A stretch of DNA of 64,000 nt from a virus (Duplodnaviria > Caudoviricetes), in the IMG/VR virus record IMGVR_UViG_3300035208_003115, one strand, 5' to 3'. Shown here piece by piece: positions 47,432 through 56,165 of this stretch (position 1 is the first letter of the stretch; every line of letters starts with the position of its first letter). Below the pieces are notes generated by a model. It was not told the origin of the DNA and ran no database searches. It worked only from the letters and a program-made list of their open reading frames with translations. The translations under genes and the position numbers were made by a program.

Positions 47432-47884
47432 TTATCCTGAGTATAAGGGAGAATTATAGTCTGACTCTTTTTCCCCTGCGGATAGTTCTAGTTTTCTCGA
47501 ACGAATACATCCTGGAATGCTAATATTAAGTGGAGGCCAGGACGGGACAAGAGATGGAGGGCCGAAGAATAGCTCTCGCAGACGTTTGAGAAATGTGTTT
47601 CTACTCGGCGTCAAGCCCGTTAGTGATATTGTCTCTACGATAACGTGATGCTGGATTATCTCTTCTTTCTTTCCGGCCTTCTGGATAGATAGAGACTCTA
47701 AGTAGCCGAGAACACGATACGTGTAGACAATTTCTCCGGCTCCATTCTTGAGCGCAATCGAAATTATTTGGCCTTCACCCGGTAGGCATCCGTCGAAGAC
47801 ATAGAAGGGATCAAATATTTCTGTGCTACCGAATGTATCAGGGGCCATAGTCCCCAAGACGTATCTGCTTTTTGTGTAGCTCAT
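47432..47884 (-). CDS. Hypothetical protein
   Basis: 150 aa, RBS GAGG. Confidence 0.55.
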   Translation of the reverse strand: MSYTKSRYVLGTMAPDTFGSTEIFDPFYVFDGCLPGEGQIISIALKNGAGEIVYTYRVLGYLESLSIQKAGKKEEIIQHHVIVETISLTGLTPSRNTFLKRLRELFFGPPSLVPSWPPLNISIPGCIRSRKLELSAGEKESDYNSPLYSG

Positions 47885-47886
47885 GT

Positions 47887-48183
47887 CTACCCTCTTTTCT
47901 TATCTAAATCAATAGACACTACTTTATCCATGGGAATAAGTTTAATAGACTTATCGTGTCTTGTTCCTAAGACCCATAGATTGTGACCCGTGTCTGGCGA
48001 CCATATTATGAAAGAGGAAAAAGAATCAGAGGGCTTCTGGGTATTCTCAATGAAGTATAAGTCACCATTCACGGTCATAACGGACGATATCTCAAAATCA
48101 GATGAAGTGTTGCTCAACCCATCGGAAGAATGGAGTATGTCCGGCAACTGAAGAATTAGAGTGTTCTTGTTTTCCATATTCAA
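47887..48183 (-). CDS. Hypothetical protein
   Basis: 98 aa, RBS AAGGA. Confidence 0.5.
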   Translation of the reverse strand: MNMENKNTLILQLPDILHSSDGLSNTSSDFEISSVMTVNGDLYFIENTQKPSDSFSSFIIWSPDTGHNLWVLGTRHDKSIKLIPMDKVVSIDLDKKRG

Positions 48184-48191
48184 TTCCTTAT

Positions 48192-48494
48192 CTATTTAGT
48201 TTCGTTTTTATTCAAATCTTCAATAGGGAACCCCCAGTCTTTTCGGACACCTCGAATGGCGACTATCCTCTGAGCTTCATGAATAGCATACCTGAACTCG
48301 TCTAAATCATCAGGATGCTGCTTTGGGAGTAGGAGAAATTTATTCCATGCGCTAGCTAAAGAATGAAGAACCTCTTGTTCTTCCTTACTGAATTTATCTT
48401 CGTCTATAATCCACAGAGGAGTCATCGGGATACTGTTGTAACCGGAGTATCCACTCGAATATCCGCCATTACCTTCGGTTGGGATTTCTTTCAT
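48192..48494 (-). CDS. Hypothetical protein
   Basis: 100 aa; QHPDDLDEFRYAIHEAQRIV; TAATG coupling. Confidence 0.6.
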   Translation of the reverse strand: MKEIPTEGNGGYSSGYSGYNSIPMTPLWIIDEDKFSKEEQEVLHSLASAWNKFLLLPKQHPDDLDEFRYAIHEAQRIVAIRGVRKDWGFPIEDLNKNETK

Positions 48495-48883
48495 TATGAA
48501 ATCTTCATGGAAGGAGGGTAGTCTTGAACGACTGGCTCCGGAGCCATCTTCTCCGTTCTCTCTCCGCGATGACTATTAATCCAGTCCTCGAGTAGGTATA
48601 TCTTTACAAGTCTATCATCGAAACTTACCCGGGGAATTGGAGCTAATTTATATTTGTTCCCCGGCATCTCGATAGCGTCTCGCTCTCTGAGCGCAAATGC
48701 GTTAGCAAAATGACAAAAAGAGGTATAGGGATTCCAGAAACACAAGCATCCTTTTGATCTTGATTTAAATGCCAACCATGATAGTCGGAGATATCTGAGG
48801 ATGTCGTCTGGAGTGTCTTCCTGAACGATAGAGATTAAGGGCGACTCCATCTCTCTAGTTTGTATTTCAATTACGTAATCCAT
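48494..48883 (-). CDS. Hypothetical protein
   Basis: 129 aa, RBS GAGGAG. Confidence 0.55.
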   Translation of the reverse strand: MDYVIEIQTREMESPLISIVQEDTPDDILRYLRLSWLAFKSRSKGCLCFWNPYTSFCHFANAFALRERDAIEMPGNKYKLAPIPRVSFDDRLVKIYLLEDWINSHRGERTEKMAPEPVVQDYPPSMKIS

Positions 48884-49004
48884 TAGGACTCCTCTTAAGA
48901 ACTATTATTAAAACTTCCTTAAGTAGCGGGGAGGGCCAGCGGTTTCGCCCTAGTCTATCTGTGCTGGAGGACATCAGATAGAGACACTCCCCGGGACGGT
49001 CAGA

Positions 49005-50531
49005 TTATCGTTTCCGGGTTTGTTCTTCCTCCACCCCGGCTATTAGTCCGAAGTCTGTCGGGATTTCAATCCCAATGACCTCTGTGTTTCTCTGATTAAG
49101 CTTGGCAGCCATTTCAGAGGCTTCAGCCTTGGTCTCAGTTACTAGTTGCTGGACCCGAGCTTCAGGCAAGCGCATACCTGCGAGCATTGTCTTAACGATA
49201 ACGAACTCGTTAAGTGTTTTGTTCTCGTAGATACCGCGGTTAAGCCCACCTGCACCGATCTCTTCCTTCAAGTGGTTATAAAGAGCCTCTTCGAACGAAT
49301 GACTCTGATCGAAAGTGTCTTTCCCCGGCTTGATAATAACAGATGCTGCACGAATGGTAGTTTTGTGATCGAATCCAGTAGCGAAGAAACCACGGTCAAT
49401 CGACCTAATGGCTTCGGCCAATTCCGCTTCACCCGATCCGTTCACTTTCGCTGTCTCGACCATGGAATCACCAAGAGAAAGGAATCCGGGTGTCATGAGG
49501 ACGTTCTTGTAGTCCTGAGCATCAAAGGTCGTATCAGCAGCCTCTGCCGAGTAGCGGTTGAAACTATCGAAGAGGTTGACGATCTCTCGATTGGCACTAT
49601 GCCAGAAATCCGAGTTCTTTACGTCTTTGAGACGCTCCGAGACTCTCTGGTTGTCAATCACGACAATCGACTTGAGACCCTTCTTGTTCGCGACCTCTTG
49701 GAGGCCTCGAAGACAGTTGACCTTCTCGTCTGTTCCCTCATTTGTTCTTGGGAGGGTAACAATGGCTCCAGTTGGAACTCCAGTAGAGGCAGCCAACATA
49801 GCAACCTTGGATCCTCCAAGTGTGCCTGTTCCACCACCGAGTCCGAAGCACACATAGATGAACTCTTTGTTGTTGAACTTTCTCTGAATCTTTTTCATGA
49901 GAGTATTTGCATACTCATCAATAGCCTGAGCACCAACATCAGGCCGTTTGCCCGCTCCACCCGCGGTTGTAATCAACTCGATCCGCGAGAACTCGTCGTG
50001 GGGAATATTCTGCAGATGGGCAAAATCCCTATCCGTTAGATTGACGGCCATAACATCATAGCCCGCCTCTGCGAATGTATCAGCGATTTTGTTGCCAGCC
50101 CCTCCTACCCCGATAATCCCAATATCCAAGGAACGCTTAATGTCCTTGATACTTCCTGCTGTAGCTTCTGCTCGAACGTCCATTGTCCTAACCTCCAGGT
50201 TTTTAACCTTTGATATTTCTCTTGCGGGTTCTTTCGCCTCAGGTAATTTTACCGGTGTGGGTTTTTGAGGCTTATCTTCACCCACTGCTTCAAACTTATC
50301 TACAGACACCGGTTCTGCCCATAACTGTTCGCCCGACTCATCGTTCATGAACATTGCTCTTGCCGCCTCCAGAACTGTATCCCTGGGAAGAGTCCGATAA
50401 GATGTCTTCGCAGGTAATTGATGAGGACATCCCGGGTGTCTACACCCCGGATAAGGACAACGCTGTAGGGTCCATGTCGTGTTCAGGTCGCCCTTTAATT
50501 GACCTGTCCCCAAGATGTAACAGTATATCAT
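49005..50531 (-). CDS. Tubulin/FtsZ-family GTPase (TubZ/PhuZ-like) with N-terminal Cys/His extension
   Basis: GIIGVGGAGNKIA, GGAGK, GLGGGTGT signature, VIDN, T7-loop-like TFDAQDY. Confidence 0.9.
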   Translation of the reverse strand: MIYCYILGTGQLKGDLNTTWTLQRCPYPGCRHPGCPHQLPAKTSYRTLPRDTVLEAARAMFMNDESGEQLWAEPVSVDKFEAVGEDKPQKPTPVKLPEAKEPAREISKVKNLEVRTMDVRAEATAGSIKDIKRSLDIGIIGVGGAGNKIADTFAEAGYDVMAVNLTDRDFAHLQNIPHDEFSRIELITTAGGAGKRPDVGAQAIDEYANTLMKKIQRKFNNKEFIYVCFGLGGGTGTLGGSKVAMLAASTGVPTGAIVTLPRTNEGTDEKVNCLRGLQEVANKKGLKSIVVIDNQRVSERLKDVKNSDFWHSANREIVNLFDSFNRYSAEAADTTFDAQDYKNVLMTPGFLSLGDSMVETAKVNGSGEAELAEAIRSIDRGFFATGFDHKTTIRAASVIIKPGKDTFDQSHSFEEALYNHLKEEIGAGGLNRGIYENKTLNEFVIVKTMLAGMRLPEARVQQLVTETKAEASEMAAKLNQRNTEVIGIEIPTDFGLIAGVEEEQTRKR

Positions 50532-51121
50532 TACTTCACAAAACCTTCTTTTGGGACAACAAGTCTATCGATGACTCCATATTTCAGAGCATCTTCTGGT
50601 GTTATCCAGTTATCGATGTCTTTAAGAAGGATTTTCTCGACTTCTTTCTTGTTTCTAAGTTTTGTATGTCGGATATAGTGCTCAACCATCTGCTCATGTG
50701 TTTTATCTTCTCGCTGACGGTATGCAACTAAGTCCGAGTAGTTCCCAGAACTAACTCCCCAGAAACGATGAGACATTAGGGTGGTTCTCTTGGAGCAAGC
50801 TCTATGACCAGTCTCTCCTGCCATGAGGATAAGAAAAGCCATACTACATGCTTCCCCTAGCGCTGTAGTGTAGACGGGGATGCGTGACCACTCCATTACA
50901 TCTATCAAAGAAAATCCTGCGTCTACTACTCCCCCGCTGGAAGAGATGAGCAACTGAATGAAATCTGTTTTTGGTTCGTAGTTCGCCTGTATGATATGCT
51001 TCGAAATAACGTTACAGGTCTCGTAGTCTACGGTGCCGGATAAGAATAGAACTCCCTTATCTTCCATTGTTTGGCAACTGGGAGAATCCCCTGCCTTTGC
51101 CCTAGGAGCTGGATCGGTCAT
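50531..51121 (-). CDS. clpP: ClpP-family serine protease
   Basis: ISSSGG, ACSMA (Ser), LMSH (His), DNWITPEDALKYGVID (Asp); start re-called at 51121. Confidence 0.9.
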   Translation of the reverse strand: MTDPAPRAKAGDSPSCQTMEDKGVLFLSGTVDYETCNVISKHIIQANYEPKTDFIQLLISSSGGVVDAGFSLIDVMEWSRIPVYTTALGEACSMAFLILMAGETGHRACSKRTTLMSHRFWGVSSGNYSDLVAYRQREDKTHEQMVEHYIRHTKLRNKKEVEKILLKDIDNWITPEDALKYGVIDRLVVPKEGFVK

Positions 51122-51122
51122 G

Positions 51123-51419
51123 TTATTCTCCGATATCTTGAGGATTGATAAGCGCCTGTGCATTGCGTGGATCCGCGATGATAGGATGTCTCCCATCTAG
51201 CTTAGCCAGCTTTGAAAAGGCTCCTTTATTTTCAAACTTCTCTTCTAGGATCCCGAGCAATGATTTGGCAATTTCCGAAGCTTGTTCAACATTAACGGCG
51301 GTCTGTATCCGTGCAATCTCATACTTGAGATCATTATAGAACTCGCGATTCATTACACAGAACTTATCGGACGGGCGATTGGCAAATGGCTTTCCATCTT
51401 CGGGTTTAGCGAATGGCAT
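51123..51419 (-). CDS. Hypothetical protein
   Basis: 98 aa, RBS GGAG. Confidence 0.55.
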   Translation of the reverse strand: MPFAKPEDGKPFANRPSDKFCVMNREFYNDLKYEIARIQTAVNVEQASEIAKSLLGILEEKFENKGAFSKLAKLDGRHPIIADPRNAQALINPQDIGE

Positions 51420-51648
51420 AGACTTCTCCAGTCGATTGATCTACGACCTCGCTAGGGATGCGTTCATCCCTCCAAGGGCGAGGTGAACGCACCGCTTGAG
51501 GACGAGCATAATTAAACCGTCTCTGTCCGATGTTATGTTTTTCGAGTGCTGCTTTGAAAGCCATGATGGCGGCGCAAGATACAACTGCACCGAGAGCGCG
51601 TTGACCTATGAAGATAAAGAGGCGGAGAGCTACTGGATTCATTTTCAT
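51406..51648 (-). CDS. Small protein with hydrophobic N-terminus
   Basis: 80 aa, RBS GGAGG, first gene after a promoter. Confidence 0.55.
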   Translation of the reverse strand: MKMNPVALRLFIFIGQRALGAVVSCAAIMAFKAALEKHNIGQRRFNYARPQAVRSPRPWRDERIPSEVVDQSTGEVYAIR

Positions 51649-51674
51649 CCCTCCAGGAATGATTTGATGTAAGA

Positions 51675-51703
51675 ACTATATACTATCTTTTCTTACAAGT
51701 CAA
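51675..51703 (-). promoter_or_regulatory. Sigma70-type promoter upstream of the clpP-tubulin cluster
   Basis: TTGACT-N17-TATAGT. Confidence 0.7.
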
Positions 51704-51883
51704 CTACTTTCTGTTGTAATACTTCTTTGCTTTACGGAATCCTTTAAGACACTTCTTACACAGTTTAGACTTGACAGTTGAATTATCCATCTCAATGATT
51801 CGGCTGTCGGCCATCATCGCGAGAATAACTTCTTGGCATGCCGGACACAGCGTATTAATCGTTATGGTTACTGGAACAGTCAC
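51704..51883 (-). CDS. Small CxxC...CxxC protein (not in ORF track)
   Basis: GTG start, 59 aa, LCPACQ...LCKKCL. Confidence 0.4.
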   Translation of the reverse strand: MTVPVTITINTLCPACQEVILAMMADSRIIEMDNSTVKSKLCKKCLKGFRKAKKYYNRK

Positions 51884-52061
51884 TATAGCCTTCCTGTTGG
51901 CGAACTTTGTTTGCTATACGAATGATAGAGGTTGCTAAAGAGATTGCTTGCTCGGGAGGGACAGTGAGAGAGGCAGGGATCTTACCCTCTTGTCCTATTG
52001 TTATTTTAACAGCGTCGTCTAGTTCTGTTATCGCCACATCGACCGTCTTACCTGTTTTCAT
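51855..52061 (-). CDS. Hypothetical protein
   Basis: 68 aa, RBS GGAG. Confidence 0.5.
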   Translation of the reverse strand: MKTGKTVDVAITELDDAVKITIGQEGKIPASLTVPPEQAISLATSIIRIANKVRQQEGYSDCSSNHND

Positions 52062-52374
52062 TTTTCGCTCCAGACCTCAGTATTTCGTTTATCTCTTCTT
52101 TCCATGGACTGGGGACTTCTATCATCAATCTCTCTGGATCTTTAATATACCCTATCCAGACTCTTTTTGCAATAGAAATATCGGTATTATCTCCCATTTG
52201 GCTTATTAGGTTGCATCTAATTCCTTCTTGCAAAAGCTTGATAAAAGTGGTCTTAAAACTCTTTAGATCATCTTTGGACGGTTCTCCTGTGTTTGGGTAG
52301 AACCGAGATAGCATTTGGTAGTATCGGGTGGCAAAAGCCCTTGAATCAGTGCGTTCTTGGAATGGGTTTATCAT
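52048..52374 (-). CDS. Hypothetical protein
   Basis: 108 aa, ATGA overlap with upstream gene. Confidence 0.55.
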   Translation of the reverse strand: MINPFQERTDSRAFATRYYQMLSRFYPNTGEPSKDDLKSFKTTFIKLLQEGIRCNLISQMGDNTDISIAKRVWIGYIKDPERLMIEVPSPWKEEINEILRSGAKNENR

Positions 52375-52583
52375 TTTCCCTCTACTAAATCCTTTATTCC
52401 CTTCCCTACAACTGCCACATAAATCAACGCGACAAATATCAACAATAACATGGGGTTTATGATTAGGAGTGCAATAAAATAAAGGCTTCCTGCAGCCAAG
52501 AGATATGGAATTATGCTATCAATTACATTTTTGACTGATATAGGTAATACCCATTTATTCTTGCTCAGATTCATTAAAGACAT
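52371..52583 (-). CDS. Small membrane protein
   Basis: Two hydrophobic helices. Confidence 0.5.
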   Translation of the reverse strand: MSLMNLSKNKWVLPISVKNVIDSIIPYLLAAGSLYFIALLIINPMLLLIFVALIYVAVVGKGIKDLVEGK

Positions 52584-52598
52584 TACGGTTCCTTATAT

Positions 52599-52874
52599 CT
52601 ATATTCGGTAGTTCCCTGCGCTATCGAAAGTCTTTGCATTTCCATATACATCAAAACCAGATATCTTAGACTGTAGTATTTGGATTTCGGATTGGAGTAA
52701 TTTGTTTTGTGACTCGAGTGCTTCTATCCTCTTTCGAAGATTTTCGTCATTGTATTGTGGGGGCTCTCTGTCTATGTCTGGGTCAAGTAGCTTATAGTCT
52801 GGTTTCCGGTCGGGGTTCCGTTCCGGGTGACCGATTGGGGAACCATGTGGATTTCCCATATAGAAGAGTGGCAT
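52599..52874 (-). CDS. Hypothetical coiled-coil protein
   Basis: 91 aa, LRKRIEALESQNKLLQSEIQILQSKI. Confidence 0.5.
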   Translation of the reverse strand: MPLFYMGNPHGSPIGHPERNPDRKPDYKLLDPDIDREPPQYNDENLRKRIEALESQNKLLQSEIQILQSKISGFDVYGNAKTFDSAGNYRI

Positions 52875-52878
52875 AGTT

Positions 52879-53091
52879 CTATCCTCTTAGTTTAAAAAGC
52901 GTTGCATCAAAGCGCTTGCTAAACTTCCCAAGATTTTTGGGCAACCAGTTAGCCTGAGCTCGTAACCAAACCGAAATCTCTTTAATGTCTTCTCGGCTTA
53001 AGGCATTTGCATTTGGAATTGTCAGAACTGCAGCTTTTCGTAATTTCGGACTCATTATGAACCACCCATGGAGGACATTGACATGCCACAT
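52879..53091 (-). CDS. Hypothetical protein
   Basis: 70 aa. Confidence 0.45.
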   Translation of the reverse strand: MWHVNVLHGWFIMSPKLRKAAVLTIPNANALSREDIKEISVWLRAQANWLPKNLGKFSKRFDATLFKLRG

Positions 53092-53139
53092 AAACCCCTG
53101 CTAAAAACATACTAAGAAGAGCAACAAAGAGAAGTTCTA

Positions 53140-53355
53140 TCATTTCTTTTTAATCTTTCCCTTCGATTTTTTCCGCCGGGGCCTATCTTCGGACATCACT
53201 CTAGCCAAGTGACGTAGCCCACACGCGCCGCAAAATTTTAGGGCAGGGTCGTCACTACTGGGGCGCGCTATCACCTTACCACAGTCCCGACAGAACTCAT
53301 TAGCGTGGAGTAAATTATTAGTTGCTCGTTTTAGAATCTTCATAAGCTTCCCCAT
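53140..53355 (-). CDS. Small zinc-finger protein
   Basis: CRDCG...FCGACG, basic tail. Confidence 0.55.
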   Translation of the reverse strand: MGKLMKILKRATNNLLHANEFCRDCGKVIARPSSDDPALKFCGACGLRHLARVMSEDRPRRKKSKGKIKKK

Positions 53356-53407
53356 TATGCAACCTTTCCCATTAGCATAAGAATCATCTTAATGATAACA
53401 ATTATGC

Positions 53408-53938
53408 CTAGGATTCATTGCCTTTCTGGTGAACTATTTGATCTTCCATCCAATCTACTGTATTCATGAGAATCTTCTTAATCTCATCGCTGTAACCATA
53501 CTTCTTTTGAAGGAATTCTATACTTTTCCTTATATCTCCATCTTTAGTACGCAACGAACTGGCTTTCCAGTCGCACAGCATCTCGACGAGGTCCAGTAGG
53601 TTCATATCGGCGATACCGTTTGGATGAAACTCCGGGTGATGACGGTTATGCTTATAGTGGTGTTCTAAAGCCGGGGCCATATCCTTAAGGATAGCCTTAT
53701 ATTCCGGTGATCCAAACTTGATGTCTTTTAATTTGGGTGTATTCTTCTCAAACATGGGCCATTCTGGGTCTTCTAGCTTAGATTGGTCATGATCCTGGCC
53801 TCTATAGATGAGATCTGTAATAAAGGCATCCAAGAAGTTCCTAACAGTCTCCATATGCCTTAGAGTCTTGGCGTAAGAATCATCTTTTCCCATGAATGTC
53901 TCCCGCGGGTTGAGTAGATAAGGACTGCTGGTGCTCAA
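53408..53938 (-). CDS. HD-like His-rich putative phosphohydrolase (DUF5662-like)
   Basis: TLRH...HDQSK...HHYKHNRHHPE...EMLCDW; true start probably the second Met (MGKDDS). Confidence 0.7.
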   Translation of the reverse strand: MSTSSPYLLNPRETFMGKDDSYAKTLRHMETVRNFLDAFITDLIYRGQDHDQSKLEDPEWPMFEKNTPKLKDIKFGSPEYKAILKDMAPALEHHYKHNRHHPEFHPNGIADMNLLDLVEMLCDWKASSLRTKDGDIRKSIEFLQKKYGYSDEIKKILMNTVDWMEDQIVHQKGNES

Positions 53939-54119
53939 GTAATTTTCTCTGGGCGTATTCCCCGCCGATAGCCGCTGCCATAAAGAGCAGTATAAAGATC
54001 ATAAGAACTACTCCGAGAACATCTAGCCAATTTGTCGAAGAAGGTTTAACAGGTTTAACGGGTGGATGACTAATGAATTCATGCCCGTTCATTCCCCTAT
54101 ATCTCAGTTGTGTTGGCAT
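53880..54119 (-). CDS. Small membrane protein
   Basis: Single TM helix VLGVVLMIFILLFMAAAIGG. Confidence 0.5.
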   Translation of the reverse strand: MPTQLRYRGMNGHEFISHPPVKPVKPSSTNWLDVLGVVLMIFILLFMAAAIGGEYAQRKLLEHQQSLSTQPAGDIHGKR

Positions 54120-54229
54120 TTCTTTCTCCTAGACTTAGGCTTGACAATAATCGTCCCGGTTCCCTTACAGGTAGGACAACGCTTTCTTCTAAGTCTGCTC
54201 ATCCGGATTCTTTTAGATGTCATTTGGAT

Positions 54230-54445
54230 CTATCCTGCATTTATTTTATAGATCTGATCGACTAGGTAGATTTGATGAGCTAGGAAGTAATGTATTCCCC
54301 GCCCTTTCTCTATTTCGTATTGCTCCAGAAGTCCAGTTTTTCGAAGTAGGGAGTGAAGCCTCTCGAGTAGAAGCCTCTCATCCAGGGGATAAGTTCCCCC
54401 ATCTGGATACAAGATAGGTATTAGCTTTTCAGCAGGAACGACCAT
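54230..54445 (-). CDS. Hypothetical protein
   Basis: 71 aa, RBS GAGGAG. Confidence 0.5.
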   Translation of the reverse strand: MVVPAEKLIPILYPDGGTYPLDERLLLERLHSLLRKTGLLEQYEIEKGRGIHYFLAHQIYLVDQIYKINAG

Positions 54446-54647
54446 TAGTCTATCTCCTCTAAAATAGCAAATAACCAGCCCAGGTGGCTAATGCAACCCC
54501 GATTACAACTGAGAATAACCTCCGAGCTGGAGATCGTTCAATCGTAGGACTGTCGTCGAACAGATCATGACAGACAGAGATTAGTTGAAGAACGAAGAAT
54601 GTAATGAGAAATGCTTTCAAGATAACCCTCCAGTAAGTGATGGATAA

Positions 54648-54676
54648 ATAATAGACGACAGACCCCCTGATGTCAA
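54648..54676 (-). promoter_or_regulatory. Sigma70-type promoter
   Basis: TTGACA-N17-TATTAT. Confidence 0.75.
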
Positions 54677-54738
54677 CGATAAAGAACTAGACAACCTATA
54701 GGGGAATTTCAGTATAATATTATTTTGTAGTAGGAGGA

Positions 54739-54996
54739 TTACTTTGCATTGGATTGCCCTAATTCAGTTAGAGCCTTGCCAACAGCTTGATGAACTAGAG
54801 GAAAGCAACTTTTGCATAGATCAGGGTAGTAATCGTTGTCCGAGTAAGTTGCATGGACAACAACATTGATCTTAATAATTTTCCCGCCGAAGGGCACACT
54901 GACTGACTTTTTGAGATGATAGGTTTCAGGGTCTTTGCCAGCAGGAAAAGGCTGATTGCAGATATCACAGCGGAATTGGCGAGGATCTAAGCTCAT
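54739..54996 (-). CDS. Small zinc-finger protein
   Basis: CDIC...DLCKSC, RBS GGAGG. Confidence 0.6.
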   Translation of the reverse strand: MSLDPRQFRCDICNQPFPAGKDPETYHLKKSVSVPFGGKIIKINVVVHATYSDNDYYPDLCKSCFPLVHQAVGKALTELGQSNAK

Positions 54997-55036
54997 ATAA
55001 TCACCCTCCAGGTTGATGTTGAAAGTAGATGTTGAA

Positions 55037-55065
55037 AGTATAGGAGATTAGCCGATAGATGTCAA
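55037..55065 (-). promoter_or_regulatory. Sigma70-type promoter
   Basis: TTGACA-N17-TATACT. Confidence 0.8.
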
Positions 55066-55084
55066 CAATAAAATGCAGAACCTA

Positions 55085-55531
55085 CTAGTATCCTAAAAAC
55101 CAGAAAAGACCCTCTGCTCTTCGAGCTAGCCCCAAATACGCCTCCGCCCACTCTTTTCCATGCAGGATCCTCTTCTCAGCCTCAAGACTAGCTCTTTTGC
55201 CCGTGTGCGCAAGCTCGTGTAGATAAATAGACCATACTGCCCATGGAAACTTCTTGTACCATTTCTGGTATATCTTTTTATTCATATATATTCTCGATGT
55301 ACCGTCCTCATATTCTACCGCTGCCCCACCATATGTCCATCGCCCCTTCAGTCTATATGAGGCACTCTTCTTAAAGAAACCCCTTATCTCCTTGTCTGAT
55401 ATCATCGATACCTTGATCCATCGACGACATATTAGCCATCCGAACAGAGATGCATAAAGAGGATGAAATGGAATAAGGTCCATCCATCTGGCTTCGAACT
55501 TGGTTCTACTCATAATGCGAATATCCGCCAT
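55085..55531 (-). CDS. SprT-like zinc metalloprotease
   Basis: YLHELAH...HGKEW. Confidence 0.7.
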   Translation of the reverse strand: MADIRIMSRTKFEARWMDLIPFHPLYASLFGWLICRRWIKVSMISDKEIRGFFKKSASYRLKGRWTYGGAAVEYEDGTSRIYMNKKIYQKWYKKFPWAVWSIYLHELAHTGKRASLEAEKRILHGKEWAEAYLGLARRAEGLFWFLGY

Positions 55532-55537
55532 GGACGC

Positions 55538-55566
55538 ATTATATCAAACTAGAGGATGAGGTTCAA
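55538..55566 (-). promoter_or_regulatory. Sigma70-type promoter, probably giving a leaderless mRNA
   Basis: TTGAAC-N17-TATAAT, 6 nt before ATG 55531, no SD. Confidence 0.7.
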
Positions 55567-55808
55567 CGATAAAGAACTTAACAACATATAGGGTGATTTC
55601 AGTAAAAATAATGTTTTCAGCATATGCTGAAATAGAGCGCATCGCTGTAGCTTCAATCGAAGAAGTCGCAAATAAAAAGTCATAATACCTTATTAATATT
55701 ATATTTTATTCATCCGGGAACTAGGTCTTTATGTAGTGTGGGCCTTTGCTTTCCGACCCCACCGGGTAAGACCTGAGGGATATTCCAGGCACCGAGAGGA
55801 GTTGAGTC

Positions 55809-56018
55809 ATGACAAAGACATACTGTTCTTACTGTGGTAGTGAACAAGATCATACTACTACAGTTCAAGGTGATGCTGAGATTAAGCAGTGTTGTGTATG
55901 TGGGCACATAGATGTTATGGCCCATATACCTGATGGGGACACATATGAGGATGCATTGGAGGGTGCCCTCATTCGTGTTGATGAGAAGATGATCGACAGG
56001 ATGTTGGCCCATAGGTAG
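55809..56018 (+). CDS. Small zinc-ribbon protein, first plus-strand gene
   Basis: YCSYCG...CCVCG, RBS GAGGAG. Confidence 0.65.
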   Translation: MTKTYCSYCGSEQDHTTTVQGDAEIKQCCVCGHIDVMAHIPDGDTYEDALEGALIRVDEKMIDRMLAHR

Positions 56019-56057
56019 GGCTAAGGGCATTAGTTAGTGTATTAAGCATTAGGCATA

Positions 56058-56084
56058 TGTCCCGGGCATGACACTAAACTGCCC
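56058..56084 (+). ncRNA. H-type pseudoknot motif, copy 1
   Basis: TGTC-CCGGGCAT-GACA-CTAAAC-TGCCC; loop GGGCA pairs with TGCCC. Confidence 0.6.
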
Positions 56085-56142
56085 TCTGTATAGGGTGATT
56101 GTATATACCCTACTGATGAGGCTAGATGATAGCCGAAACAGA
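56085..56142 (+). ncRNA. Type III hammerhead ribozyme
   Basis: Stem III TCTGT/ACAGA, GUA cleavage triplet (cut after 56090), stem I TAGGGT/ACCCTA, core CTGATGA (56113-56119), stem II GGCTA/TAGCC, GAAA (56135-56138). Confidence 0.92.
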
Positions 56143-56165
56143 TCTTAGACTAGGAGGGTAGAGTC

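Noticed and set aside
48940-48985. Second hammerhead (CTGATG...GAAA on the minus strand)
   Set aside because: Core reads CTGATGT, not CTGANGA, and the stems do not fit hammerhead topology
49146-50039. 297-aa plus-strand ORF
   Set aside because: Antisense shadow of the tubulin gene, with no recognisable motifs
49005-51121. Host chromosomal ftsZ/clpP (prophage boundary)
   Set aside because: No dcw or clpX context, divergent sequences, and both embedded among phage-type small ORFs
51122-51196. N-terminal extension of ClpP as given in the ORF track
   Set aside because: Overlaps the upstream gene; ATG at 51121 follows its stop and has a GGAG RBS
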